This document shows, one piece after another, positions 48,911 through 58,294 of a stretch of 64,000 bases of DNA. Under the pieces are notes generated by a model. That model did not search any database. It was given only the letters and a program-made list of their open reading frames with translations, and was not told the origin of the DNA. Source of the DNA: Nitrospirota bacterium (GTDB lineage Bacteria > Nitrospirota > UBA9217). The stretch is taken from assembly GCA_963749655.1 (NCBI GenBank), contig CAVVOB010000038.1:96001-160000 (forward strand), in the 5' to 3' direction. Both the position numbers and the translations under genes were made by a program. Each line of letters begins with the position of its first letter. Position 1 is the first letter of the stretch.

Positions 48911-50699
48911 GAGTCTGTAGAAAAAGTCGATTTGAAAAGCATCATTGATCCCGGGTAGCAAGTTTTTATCAGGGTGAGTTCTTGATTTGAGCTTTTGCGT
49001 GATTCAATCGGTCCTGGTCGATCTCGCTACTGCATTTTCTTTCTCTTTCTGCTTCCCGTTATCTCAACTTTCCGCGAACCCGAACCCGTATCGGTGCACT
49101 TTGAGCAGGTTGTGAACCACACAGTATAGCCGCCACTGGGTGCTTACCTTCTTTTTCCCTCTGAGACTGAAGCGGTCGAGACCGAGACTCGATCGGATGT
49201 CAGCAAATACCGGTTCGACCGTCGCCATCCTTCGTCCGTAGATCAACTTGCCGGCCACCGAGTCTATCTTCTCTCGCATCTTCTGCGTGAAGGTCTTTTC
49301 TTGTTTGTTGGTCCTGCCTGTGAAATGGGAGAACTGGCGCGTTTCGGTCACCTCGGGGTTCTTCAGGCACTGCGCGCGCTGCGTGCACGGGATACAGTCT
49401 CGTTTTGTTCCGTGATACTTGATCGCATGGAGTCCATGATGATTCGCGTTGCCGCATTTGTACATCCGTTTCCCGGCCGGGCAGGTGCAGAAGCTTTTAT
49501 CCGGGCTCACCGTGAAGTCTCTCGGCTGGAAGACGATCGGCCGGTCGAATTTCTTTGCGATCTCTTTATTGAACCTCTCCTTATGCCTGTCGGCCGTAGC
49601 ATATCGGGGATCGCGATGACGGAACTTGTTATCCGCGATGTATGCGTCGATGCCTTCTTCGATTACCATCTGCACGTTCATTGCGGAATGAAAACCGGCA
49701 TCGGTCGTCAGTTGGGTCTTTTTGAAGATGTCCTCTTCTTTTCCGATTATCTTGAAGTTTTCCCGGGTCCCTTCGACCATGGGTTTAAGTATTGCAGTCT
49801 CGGAGTCTCCGGTCGCATCGGCATGGACAACTACCTGGTGTTTGCTGTCCACCATGGCTACACCGTTGTAACCCTGGACTACTCCGTGCGAAGTCATCAT
49901 ATTCGCGCTTTCGTTGTCGGTTATGTTGCTCTTCCTCGGCCCCTTGCTGCCGGGCTTGTCGTCGTTATCGTTCATGAAGTCTTTTATCTTTTTGATCTTC
50001 GCCTTGAGGGTGGCTATATACTGCTCTTCCTTCTCGATTACCGCGTGGTCGGTCTCGGTTTTGTCCCGTTCCTTATGCTGAGCGATCATTGCCTTGATCG
50101 CCTTCTCCATCTTTTCTTTCTTACGTCGAAGATCCTTTTTAGTTCCGCTCCATTCCTTTGAAGCGTTCGAAGGGAGCTTGCAGCCGTCGATAGCGAACAT
50201 CTCTTTGCCGATCAGGCCCATCCGGTCGCAGATAAAGAGTACTTCAAGGAAGAGCTTCACCGTCTCCTGGTCGTTCGATGAGATGAAATCGGCGATCGTG
50301 GTGAAGTGCGGCCGGGTGTCGGCGGAGAGGGCCATGAAGATGACATTCTCATTGCAACAGTCGGCGATCTTCCGGCTGGAGGTGATCCCTTTGGAGTAGG
50401 CATACAGGACGATCTTGAGCATGATCCGGGGATCGTAGGCCGGAGCGCCGGTTTCGTCGTTCCTGTACCGGAGGTCGAATGTCGAAAGGTCGAGATCGTT
50501 GTCGATCAGATAGTGGAGGGTGTGCTCGAAGGTGCCGGGGAGGATCTGTTTGTCGAAGCTGAGCGGGATGAACTTGCCTTGGGAATAGTCGTACTCTTTG
50601 TACTTCGCCATACGCCTCCCGTAGGTGAGGGGTTTTGATGTATCAGAAGTGCGTTTCGATGGCGTCAGTATAGCACAAAATGACTTTTCCTACACCTTC
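48911..50699 (-). mobile_element. IS1182-family insertion sequence, copy 2 (1,789 bp)
   Basis: Same IRs; AAC at 48908-48910 and 50700-50702. Confidence 0.93.
49064..50611 (-). CDS. IS1182-family DDE transposase
   Basis: 515 aa, near-identical to copy 1. Confidence 0.92.
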   Translation of the reverse strand: MAKYKEYDYSQGKFIPLSFDKQILPGTFEHTLHYLIDNDLDLSTFDLRYRNDETGAPAYDPRIMLKIVLYAYSKGITSSRKIADCCNENVIFMALSADTRPHFTTIADFISSNDQETVKLFLEVLFICDRMGLIGKEMFAIDGCKLPSNASKEWSGTKKDLRRKKEKMEKAIKAMIAQHKERDKTETDHAVIEKEEQYIATLKAKIKKIKDFMNDNDDKPGSKGPRKSNITDNESANMMTSHGVVQGYNGVAMVDSKHQVVVHADATGDSETAILKPMVEGTRENFKIIGKEEDIFKKTQLTTDAGFHSAMNVQMVIEEGIDAYIADNKFRHRDPRYATADRHKERFNKEIAKKFDRPIVFQPRDFTVSPDKSFCTCPAGKRMYKCGNANHHGLHAIKYHGTKRDCIPCTQRAQCLKNPEVTETRQFSHFTGRTNKQEKTFTQKMREKIDSVAGKLIYGRRMATVEPVFADIRSSLGLDRFSLRGKKKVSTQWRLYCVVHNLLKVHRYGFGFAES

Positions 50700-50702
50700 A
50701 AC

Positions 50703-52491
50703 GAGTCTGTAGAAAAAGTCGATTTGAAAAGCATCATTGATCCCGGGTAGCAAGTTTTTATCAGGGTGAGTTCTTGATTTGAGCTTTTGCGTGATTCAAT
50801 CGGTCCTGGTCGATCTCGCTACTGCATTTTCTTTCTCTTTCTGCTTCCCGTTATCTCAACTTTCCGCGAACCCGAACCCGTATCGGTGCACTTTGAGCAG
50901 GTTGTGAACCACACAGTATAGCCGCCACTGGGTGCTTACCTTCTTTTTCCCTCTGAGACTGAAGCGGTCGAGACCGAGACTCGATCGGATGTCAGCAAAT
51001 ACCGGTTCGACCGTCGCCATCCTTCGTCCGTAGATCAACTTGCCGGCCACCGAGTCTATCTTCTCTCGCATCTTCTGCGTGAAGGTCTTTTCTTGTTTGT
51101 TGGTCCTGCCTGTGAAATGGGAGAACTGGCGCGTTTCGGTCACCTCGGGGTTCTTCAGGCACTGCGCGCGCTGCGTGCACGGGATACAGTCTCGTTTTGT
51201 TCCGTGATACTTGATCGCATGGAGTCCATGATGATTCGCGTTGCCGCATTTGTACATCCGTTTCCCGGCCGGGCAGGTGCAGAAGCTTTTATCCGGGCTC
51301 ACCGTGAAGTCTCTCGGCTGGAAGACGATCGGCCGGTCGAATTTCTTTGCGATCTCTTTATTGAACCTCTCCTTATGCCTGTCGGCCGTAGCATATCGGG
51401 GATCGCGATGACGGAACTTGTTATCCGCGATGTATGCGTCGATGCCTTCTTCGATTACCATCTGCACGTTCATTGCGGAATGAAAACCGGCATCGGTCGT
51501 CAGTTGGGTCTTTTTGAAGATGTCCTCTTCTTTTCCGATTATCTTGAAGTTTTCCCGGGTCCCTTCGACCATGGGTTTAAGTATTGCAGTCTCGGAGTCT
51601 CCGGTCGCATCGGCATGGACAACTACCTGGTGTTTGCTGTCCACCATGGCTACACCGTTGTAACCCTGGACTACTCCGTGCGAAGTCATCATATTCGCGC
51701 TTTCGTTGTCGGTTATGTTGCTCTTCCTCGGCCCCTTGCTGCCGGGCTTGTCGTCGTTATCGTTCATGAAGTCTTTTATCTTTTTGATCTTCGCCTTGAG
51801 GGTGGCTATATACTGCTCTTCCTTCTCGATTACCGCGTGGTCGGTCTCGGTTTTGTCCCGTTCCTTATGCTGAGCGATCATTGCCTTGATCGCCTTCTCC
51901 ATCTTTTCTTTCTTACGTCGAAGATCCTTTTTAGTTCCGCTCCATTCCTTTGAAGCGTTCGAAGGGAGCTTGCAGCCGTCGATAGCGAACATCTCTTTGC
52001 CGATCAGGCCCATCCGGTCGCAGATAAAGAGTACTTCAAGGAAGAGCTTCACCGTCTCCTGGTCGTTCGATGAGATGAAATCGGCGATCGTGGTGAAGTG
52101 CGGCCGGGTGTCGGCGGAGAGGGCCATGAAGATGACATTCTCATTGCAACAGTCGGCGATCTTCCGGCTGGAGGTGATCCCTTTGGAGTAGGCATACAGG
52201 ACGATCTTGAGCATGATCCGGGGATCGTAGGCCGGAGCGCCGGTTTCGTCGTTCCTGTACCGGAGGTCGAATGTCGAAAGGTCGAGATCGTTGTCGATCA
52301 GATAGTGGAGGGTGTGCTCGAAGGTGCCGGGGAGGATCTGTTTGTCGAAGCTGAGCGGGATGAACTTGCCTTGGGAATAGTCGTACTCTTTGTACTTCGC
52401 CATACGCCTCCCGTAGGTGAGGGGTTTTGATGTATCAGAAGTGCGTTTCGATGGCGTCAGTATAGCACAAAATGACTTTTCCTACACCTTC
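50703..52491 (-). mobile_element. IS1182-family insertion sequence, copy 3 (1,789 bp), tandem with copy 2
   Basis: Same IRs; AAC at 50700-50702 and 52492-52494. Confidence 0.9.
50856..52403 (-). CDS. IS1182-family DDE transposase
   Basis: Protein identical to copy 2. Confidence 0.92.
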   Translation of the reverse strand: MAKYKEYDYSQGKFIPLSFDKQILPGTFEHTLHYLIDNDLDLSTFDLRYRNDETGAPAYDPRIMLKIVLYAYSKGITSSRKIADCCNENVIFMALSADTRPHFTTIADFISSNDQETVKLFLEVLFICDRMGLIGKEMFAIDGCKLPSNASKEWSGTKKDLRRKKEKMEKAIKAMIAQHKERDKTETDHAVIEKEEQYIATLKAKIKKIKDFMNDNDDKPGSKGPRKSNITDNESANMMTSHGVVQGYNGVAMVDSKHQVVVHADATGDSETAILKPMVEGTRENFKIIGKEEDIFKKTQLTTDAGFHSAMNVQMVIEEGIDAYIADNKFRHRDPRYATADRHKERFNKEIAKKFDRPIVFQPRDFTVSPDKSFCTCPAGKRMYKCGNANHHGLHAIKYHGTKRDCIPCTQRAQCLKNPEVTETRQFSHFTGRTNKQEKTFTQKMREKIDSVAGKLIYGRRMATVEPVFADIRSSLGLDRFSLRGKKKVSTQWRLYCVVHNLLKVHRYGFGFAES

Positions 52492-52547
52492 AACGCGCGC
52501 CTGACGCGCCGCCGTGTGGCGCGTCGCTGTCGAGGCGCAGGTTGGTT
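52488..52547 (-). other. attC site of the first cassette, regenerated at the IS end
   Basis: AACCAAC ... GTT|GAAG; CT-GAC-GCG/CGC-T-GTC-G-AG. Confidence 0.9.
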
Positions 52548-52571
52548 CTCGCCTTTTTGGGCAGGCTACTA

Positions 52572-52877
52572 TTACTCAATTTTCGCTTGGCAATGTTTGC
52601 ATTCTTTGGGGATAGAAAAAAATATATTAACTTGATTAAAAAGAGACGCGCCACAATTAGAACACGTGATTTTTCGATATGAGAAAATTTGGTATAAATA
52701 GATTGGGCCTAATATAAAGAACATGATCAGCATTATCTTATCTGGTAGGTCAAAGAAGTTTAGCAGTTTTTCGCTGCCAATCAAAAGGAGCACAACAACT
52801 ACGAATGTGAGAAGCACGCGCAAAACCCATTTGTTTTTTTCTCGCTCTATTTCATGTTTAATCATTATTTCCACCAT
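52572..52877 (-). CDS. First cassette gene: two-TM protein with a C-terminal zinc ribbon
   Basis: Very low GC; CSNC...CKHC. Confidence 0.8.
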   Translation of the reverse strand: MVEIMIKHEIEREKNKWVLRVLLTFVVVVLLLIGSEKLLNFFDLPDKIMLIMFFILGPIYLYQIFSYRKITCSNCGASLFNQVNIFFSIPKECKHCQAKIE

Positions 52878-52887
52878 ATAGATTTAG

Positions 52888-52906
52888 AACTAACCAGTGT
52901 TTGTCG
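52888..52906 (-). other. Putative attI site
   Basis: CGACAAAC-ACTG-GTTAGTT at the start of the first cassette, with no attC-type L-box stem. Confidence 0.65.
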
Positions 52907-52982
52907 AGCCCTTGCTAAGTCGTAAAGAGCGGATTTCCGTTCTTTACGACTTAGCAAGATTGATACCCTAATTCCTGCCGCG

Positions 52983-53012
52983 AGTATATTTTATCGTCAG
53001 CTCGGTTGTCAA
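52983..53012 (-). promoter_or_regulatory. Putative cassette promoter Pc
   Basis: TTGACA-N18-TATACT pointing into the array. Confidence 0.65.
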
Positions 53013-53026
53013 GGAAACTTTGTTGC

Positions 53027-53055
53027 TTGACAGGTGAACGAATGTTCACTATAAT
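53027..53055 (+). promoter_or_regulatory. PintI: consensus sigma70 promoter with a LexA-type box in the spacer
   Basis: TTGACA-N17-TATAAT; GTGAAC-GAAT-GTTCAC at 53034-53049. Confidence 0.88.
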
Positions 53056-53114
53056 AGTAAACGAATTGACGGAGTTACGCACACAGGAGTTTAATTGTCT
53101 GGTGAGGGCTGACG

Positions 53115-54553
53115 ATGAAAAGCATACATCCGGAAATCCTCGCGCGTTTTGATAACATTCTGAAAATACGGCAACTTCCTTTTCCTGTGCGTCCCGATTA
53201 CCGGAAATGGCTTAGGTACTTTCTGGATTTTCAAGCCAAATATCCGCAGCCCGGGGAACGGTCGGATCAGGTCCGGCGTTTCTCTGAAAAACTCCGGTCA
53301 AAGGGGCAGACTGAAACGCAGGTACGGCAGGCGGCGGATGCCGTATCGCTTTTTTTCGCGTCTCAGCAAGAGGCGCCTGTCGCGCCTGCATCGACCCGAT
53401 CGGTGACTGTCCCTCATACTGTCGTTTCAATCGCCGCGGAACAATCGCGCACAGAAGGCCTCGTTGTGTCGTCTGGTGGGAGGGTGCCCGGTATGGTCTG
53501 CGACCCGCCCGGGTCGCCGGTTCCTGATGAACACATCATGCGTCGCAAGGGCCGGTTTGATGATTGGCGTTGTCTGAAAAAAACAGGGTACCCTGCCTGG
53601 GACGCAATCATCGCCTCTCTTGCCGATGAGATCAAAACGAGGCATTACTCCAGAAAAACGCTCCAACACTATGCAAACTGGACCAGAAAATTCCAGAGCT
53701 ATCTGTCGCATAAAGATCCGGCCCTGCTTTCGCCACAGGACGTGAAGTGTTACCTTACCTATCTTGCAGTTCAGTGCAAGGTGTCCTCGTCGACGCAGAA
53801 TCTGGCATTCAACGCATTGCTGTTCCTGTACCGGCATGTTCTGAAAAAGGATTTCGGAAATCACAAGGACATTCCCCGAGCAAAAAAGTCCACCTATGTT
53901 CCGGTAGTGCTCTCCCGCGATGAAGTCCAGGAGGTTCTTGCACGACTGGGACAGCCGTATCAACTTATCGCCAAGCTGCAGTACGGCTGCGGACTGCGTC
54001 GTTTTGAAGCGGTGAAGGTGCGCGTGAAGGACTTCAATTTCGATGCGGGCCTGCTCACGGTCAAGGGGAAAGGCGGCAAGAGCCGGGCAGTGCCGCTCCC
54101 GAACAGGATCTTGCCTGAATTGCTCGCCCAACTGGCATTTGTGAAAAAGGTGCATGCCGACGACCTGTGCTGCCGGTTACGCAGGGGTGTTTTTGGAAGA
54201 CCAATTGGAAAGGAAGTATCCGAACGCGCCCCAGGGAGTTTCAATGGCAATGGTTCTTCCCGCAGGAATCATTAACGGTCGTGGCATCGTCCGGGGAAAA
54301 GCGACGCTATCACGTACATGACTCGCGGTTTCAGGATGCGATGTATTTTGCTGTTAAAAGAGCCCAGCTCACCAAGCGCGTAACTACACATACGCTTCGG
54401 CACTCTTTCGCCACGCACCTCCTGCAGGCGAACTACGATATTCGCACGATCCAGGAAATGCTCGGCCACTCGGATGTCAGGACGACGATGATCTACACGC
54501 ATTGCGTTCCGAGCAGGACGGCGAAAGAGAGAAAGAGCCCGCTTGATTTCTGA
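53115..54553 (+). CDS. intI: Integron integrase with an N-terminal extension; two +1 frameshifts (about 54168 and 54229-54232)
   Basis: [35 protein letters not shown], IntI-specific [29 protein letters not shown] (third frame), [23 protein letters not shown]. Confidence 0.95.
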
Positions 54554-54697
54554 TCAGAACAAACAGCCTGAACCGCGAGGGCGCCAGGGTCGCGAGGACG
54601 GCTTAGTCATAGGCGGATAAATTGAAGTTTAAGGTTTCCTGGCTACCTTCGCGCCTTCGCGGTGAAAATCGTCGAGTAATAGATTCCGTTCCTTCCT

Positions 54698-57600
54698 CTA
54701 CCCCCCGATAATGCTCCGGTACAACTTCTTCGTCTCTTCCTCGGGTTCAAGATCAAGGTCCGCGCTGAGCGCCCGCTCGCACCGTTCGTAGGCCCTGATG
54801 GCCTCGCTCCTGCGGCCGTCGGACAGGTACCGCGTCATGAGCCAACGGCAGGCCTTTTCATGAGACAGGTCCGCAAGGAACAGCTTTTCGTAGAACGCCA
54901 GGGCCTTGTCTCGATCACCGGAGGTTGCTGCCGTGTTTGCGCCGTCTTCGAGGAGCGACAGGTACTGCTGCCGCAGCTTTTCGCGCACGGGCACGGCCCA
55001 GTCCGCAGAGGTGTCGTCAGCGAGGAAATCGCCCTGATAGAGCGTCGCGGCCTGTTCATACTCAGCGAGGGTCTTCGGAATATTTCGTTCCGCTTTCATC
55101 CTCCGGGCCGCTTCGACATGGCGCTGGAACTGGCCCACGTCGGTCCATACCCGTTCCCTGTTGAGGCTGATGAGGTCCTGCTCCTGCTGGATGCAGAAGA
55201 TGTCCTTGCCTGCTTCGGCTTCGGGCTCGAGGACCTTCCGCACGCGGTGGAGCATGGAGTTGAAGGCGGGCCTGAGATCGGAGGATTCATTGTCCGGCCA
55301 GAGCGCGTCCATGGCCTGCTCCCGGGGAACGCTGCGGCCGTCGTGGGCCACGAGCATCTTGAGGAGCGTCTTGGCGCGCCTGCTCTTCCACTCCGCCTCA
55401 CGCACCGGCGTCTGCTCCCGCTTCACCTGAAATCCCCCGAGACAGTGGATCCTGAACCGGGGCCGGGTGCGGCCGGCCGAAAGGTTTTCCATCAACCCTG
55501 TACAGTACTCTTTGCAGATGCCCATTGCCTGCGCCTTGTCGGCCAGGGCGTAAAGCTCCGCAGTTTCGAAGAGGGCATAGTAGGTAAAGCGCTTTTCCCG
55601 GCCGATCTCGAATCCCTGTTCGAGATGTTTGCGGCAGGCATCTGTTTTGCCCTGTTTTTCGCAGACCTGCGCGAGCACGAGATGGGCATTGGCCTCCTGC
55701 TGCGCGGCCTTTATCTGCTGAAGCGCTTTGAGGGAGGCGGTGAGGTCCTTCTCCGCCCGGCTGTTCTTTCCGAGCTTGAAGTGGATGGCGCCGCTGGCAA
55801 TGAGATAGATCCCGTGGAAGAGCCTGCTGCGCGAATGCGCCTGCGCTGCCAGCGCATAGTCCGATTCCGCCTTTGCCTTGTCCAGCCGGTGCTGGAAGAG
55901 ATGGGCGATGGCGAGCAGATGGGCGGCCGAAGAACTGAAGAAAGCGTTGTGCGATTCTTCGCTCTTTTGCTTGCACTCGGAAAGCATACGTTCGGCGCCT
56001 GCATAGTCTCCCTCGGCGATCTTGAGCCAGCCGCCTATTTCGAGGGAAAGGAGCCCGATGGGCTCCAGGGCATGGGTGTCCGCAAGGCTTTTGCACTGGT
56101 CGATGCATTCCCGCGCCTCGGCAAAGCAGCCTTCGAACAGGGCGGTCATGGCCCTGGTCAGGAACAGGGCGGCCCGTCCGCCGGATTCTTCGGGGATCGC
56201 AGCCTGCGCCTCGAAACCCTTGCGCATGGCCTCGCGCGCCGTAGAGAAATCGCCTGCGTAGAGAGCGCAGGGCGCGAGGTAGATCGCGCTCTGGATCTGG
56301 TGGTAGAAGTCCTTTGAAGCGCGAAAGGAATCCAGCGCTTCCAGCAGCGCTTCCGAGCCCTGCCGCAGCCTGCCGATGAAGAAGCAGGCGATGCCGAGGG
56401 CCAGGTGAAGCCGCGCCTGCGCTTTCGACTCTCTGCGTTTCGTGGTGCGGAGCAGTTTTTCCGCCAGGGACGCGGCGGAAGCCATGCGCTTGAAATTCCC
56501 TCCTGTGTAAAAGCAGGCCTCGATGATGCCGCAGAGCGAGAGCATCAGTCCTGACGTGCCGCGAGAACCCTGCCTGCGGAAGCCCTTGAGCGCCAGCTCG
56601 AAAAAAGCGAGGGCCGTGCGGGGATCGGTGAACCGGCATGCCGCGGCGCGATAGTACAGGAACCAGGGCCGGTTCCTCATGGCAATGGGCAGCGCTTCGA
56701 GCCACCGGACGAACGTGGCTGTCTGGCCGCGGGCGATCAGTTCCTCGCCGCAGAGCTCGATCTGAGCCACGGCCCGGCTGAACTGGCCTGATTCAATCAG
56801 GAGGTCCACGCTTCGCACCGGGTCCCCGGCCCGGCGGCAGTAGTCCGCCGCCGACGTATAGAGCTTCTTCAGCTCAAGGGGACGCGCCCGGGCGATCAAT
56901 TTTCTGCGCAGGAACTCACGAAAGAGCGCATGGTAGCGGATCACGGTCGCTTCCTCGTCCAGTGCTTGGACAAAGAGGTTCCGGTTTCGCAGGTCCCGCA
57001 CCAGGGAGGAAACGGACGGCCTGGTCGATGACGAACGGGGCAGATCGGTCAGGATTGCCATGAGCTGTTCGGGAAGGACGTCGGCAACAGAGGTCCTTAC
57101 CAGGAACTGCTGCAGGGATTCGGGCAGACGGTCGAAGACCTCCTGGGCCAGGTAGTCGAAGGCATGAACGCGGAATCCCGCCGCGCGCCGGTCCCTGAGG
57201 GCCATGCCGCGTTCCGAGGGCGGGAGCGAGGCGAGGTACTCGTGCATCAGCACTAGTCCTGCGGGCCAGCCTTCGGCCGTGCCGTTGATCAGGGCCGCCT
57301 CGCTCGGCGAGATCTGCATCCGGAACACGATGTTGAAGAGCTCCTGCACCTCTTCATCGATGAACCGCAGATCGTCGCCGATGATCTCCCCCAGGGACTG
57401 CGCGGCGCGGAGGCGGGCCAGTTCGAACTCCGGCCTGGTCCGGGAAAGCACCAGGAACCGGACGCCTTGCGGAGAGGCCGCGATTAGCGCGGTCATGATC
57501 TCCCGGAGGACCTCGGATGCTCCGGGGAAATCGTCGAACACGATGAGGCTCTGGTCAGGCAGGCTTCCCAGGGCGTGGTCCGGCCCAGCGCTCGACACCG

Positions 57601-57922
57601 GGGCGCAGGTCCTTCAGGCCGCGGTCGAACCGCGGAAGAGGCGCGGTCTTCGGCAGAGAGCCGGGCCAGGTGCGCTTCAGCGCCGAGGCAAGGGCGGAAA
57701 GAAAGACCGACTGGATTGTCGTCGTCAGGATCGAGGTTGTACCACAGAAGCGGAGAGGAAAGGGTGCGGCAGTATTCCGCCGCGAGCGTGCTCTTGCCCT
57801 GGCCTGCCTGGCGCATGGATGATCACGAGCTTCTTGTCCTCCCAGGAAAGAAGCCTGGTCAAGAGGCGCTCGCGTTCGAGCACTGCGGCTGTACGGGGAG
57901 GAAGGAACTTGGCGATATTCAT
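54698..57922 (-). CDS. MalT-like STAND ATPase/TPR regulator with C-terminal wHTH-BTAD; three apparent +1 frameshifts at 57580-57815
   Basis: KFLPP..LERERL, reconstructed Walker A HAQAGQGKST, EGWPAGL, DYLAQEV, YHALFREFL, YQGDFL, LDLEPEEET. Confidence 0.85.
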
Positions 57923-58294
57923 GCACGACCTCCGATAGCAGGTTCGTATTCCTGACTACTGTCATGCACATAAGAATGGGGAAATTATAGGGACAGTTCC
58001 GGGAAAAAGCAATAAGAAATGAGCGCCTCAGACACGACACGCCGATTGGCGCCTCCGCGCCTTGACAACCGGGAGGAGGGGACCTACACTTTAAAGAGAA
58101 AGGCGCCGGCGGTGCAAAAGTTCATGAAAAAGCAAAAGATTTTTACCGCAGAGGTCGCGGAGAAATGCAGATTTCGAAATGAAAGAGGAATAGGTAAAAG
58201 AATGCCGGTTTAATTCGGTTGCAGTTCAAGAAGTTCTCCGCGTCCTCTGCGGTGAAATTTTTTAACACAACGAAGGCACCACGAAGGAGGTCCC

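Larger units (their letters stand above)
38690..54553. mobile_element. Chromosomal integron (intI, attI, Pc, cassette array)
   Basis: Integron integrase divergent from a co-oriented run of low-GC ORFs separated by attC hairpins. Confidence 0.95.

Noticed and set aside
38690-52547. CRISPR array interpretation of the recurring GACGCGCC..GGCGCGTC repeats
   Set aside because: Spacing is gene-sized and irregular, the repeats have attC architecture, intI is adjacent, and no cas genes are present.
54860-56705. Long alternative-frame ORFs (485 aa, 435 aa) and similar ones across the GC-rich genes
   Set aside because: Expected shadows of high-GC coding sequence, fully overlapping well-supported genes.
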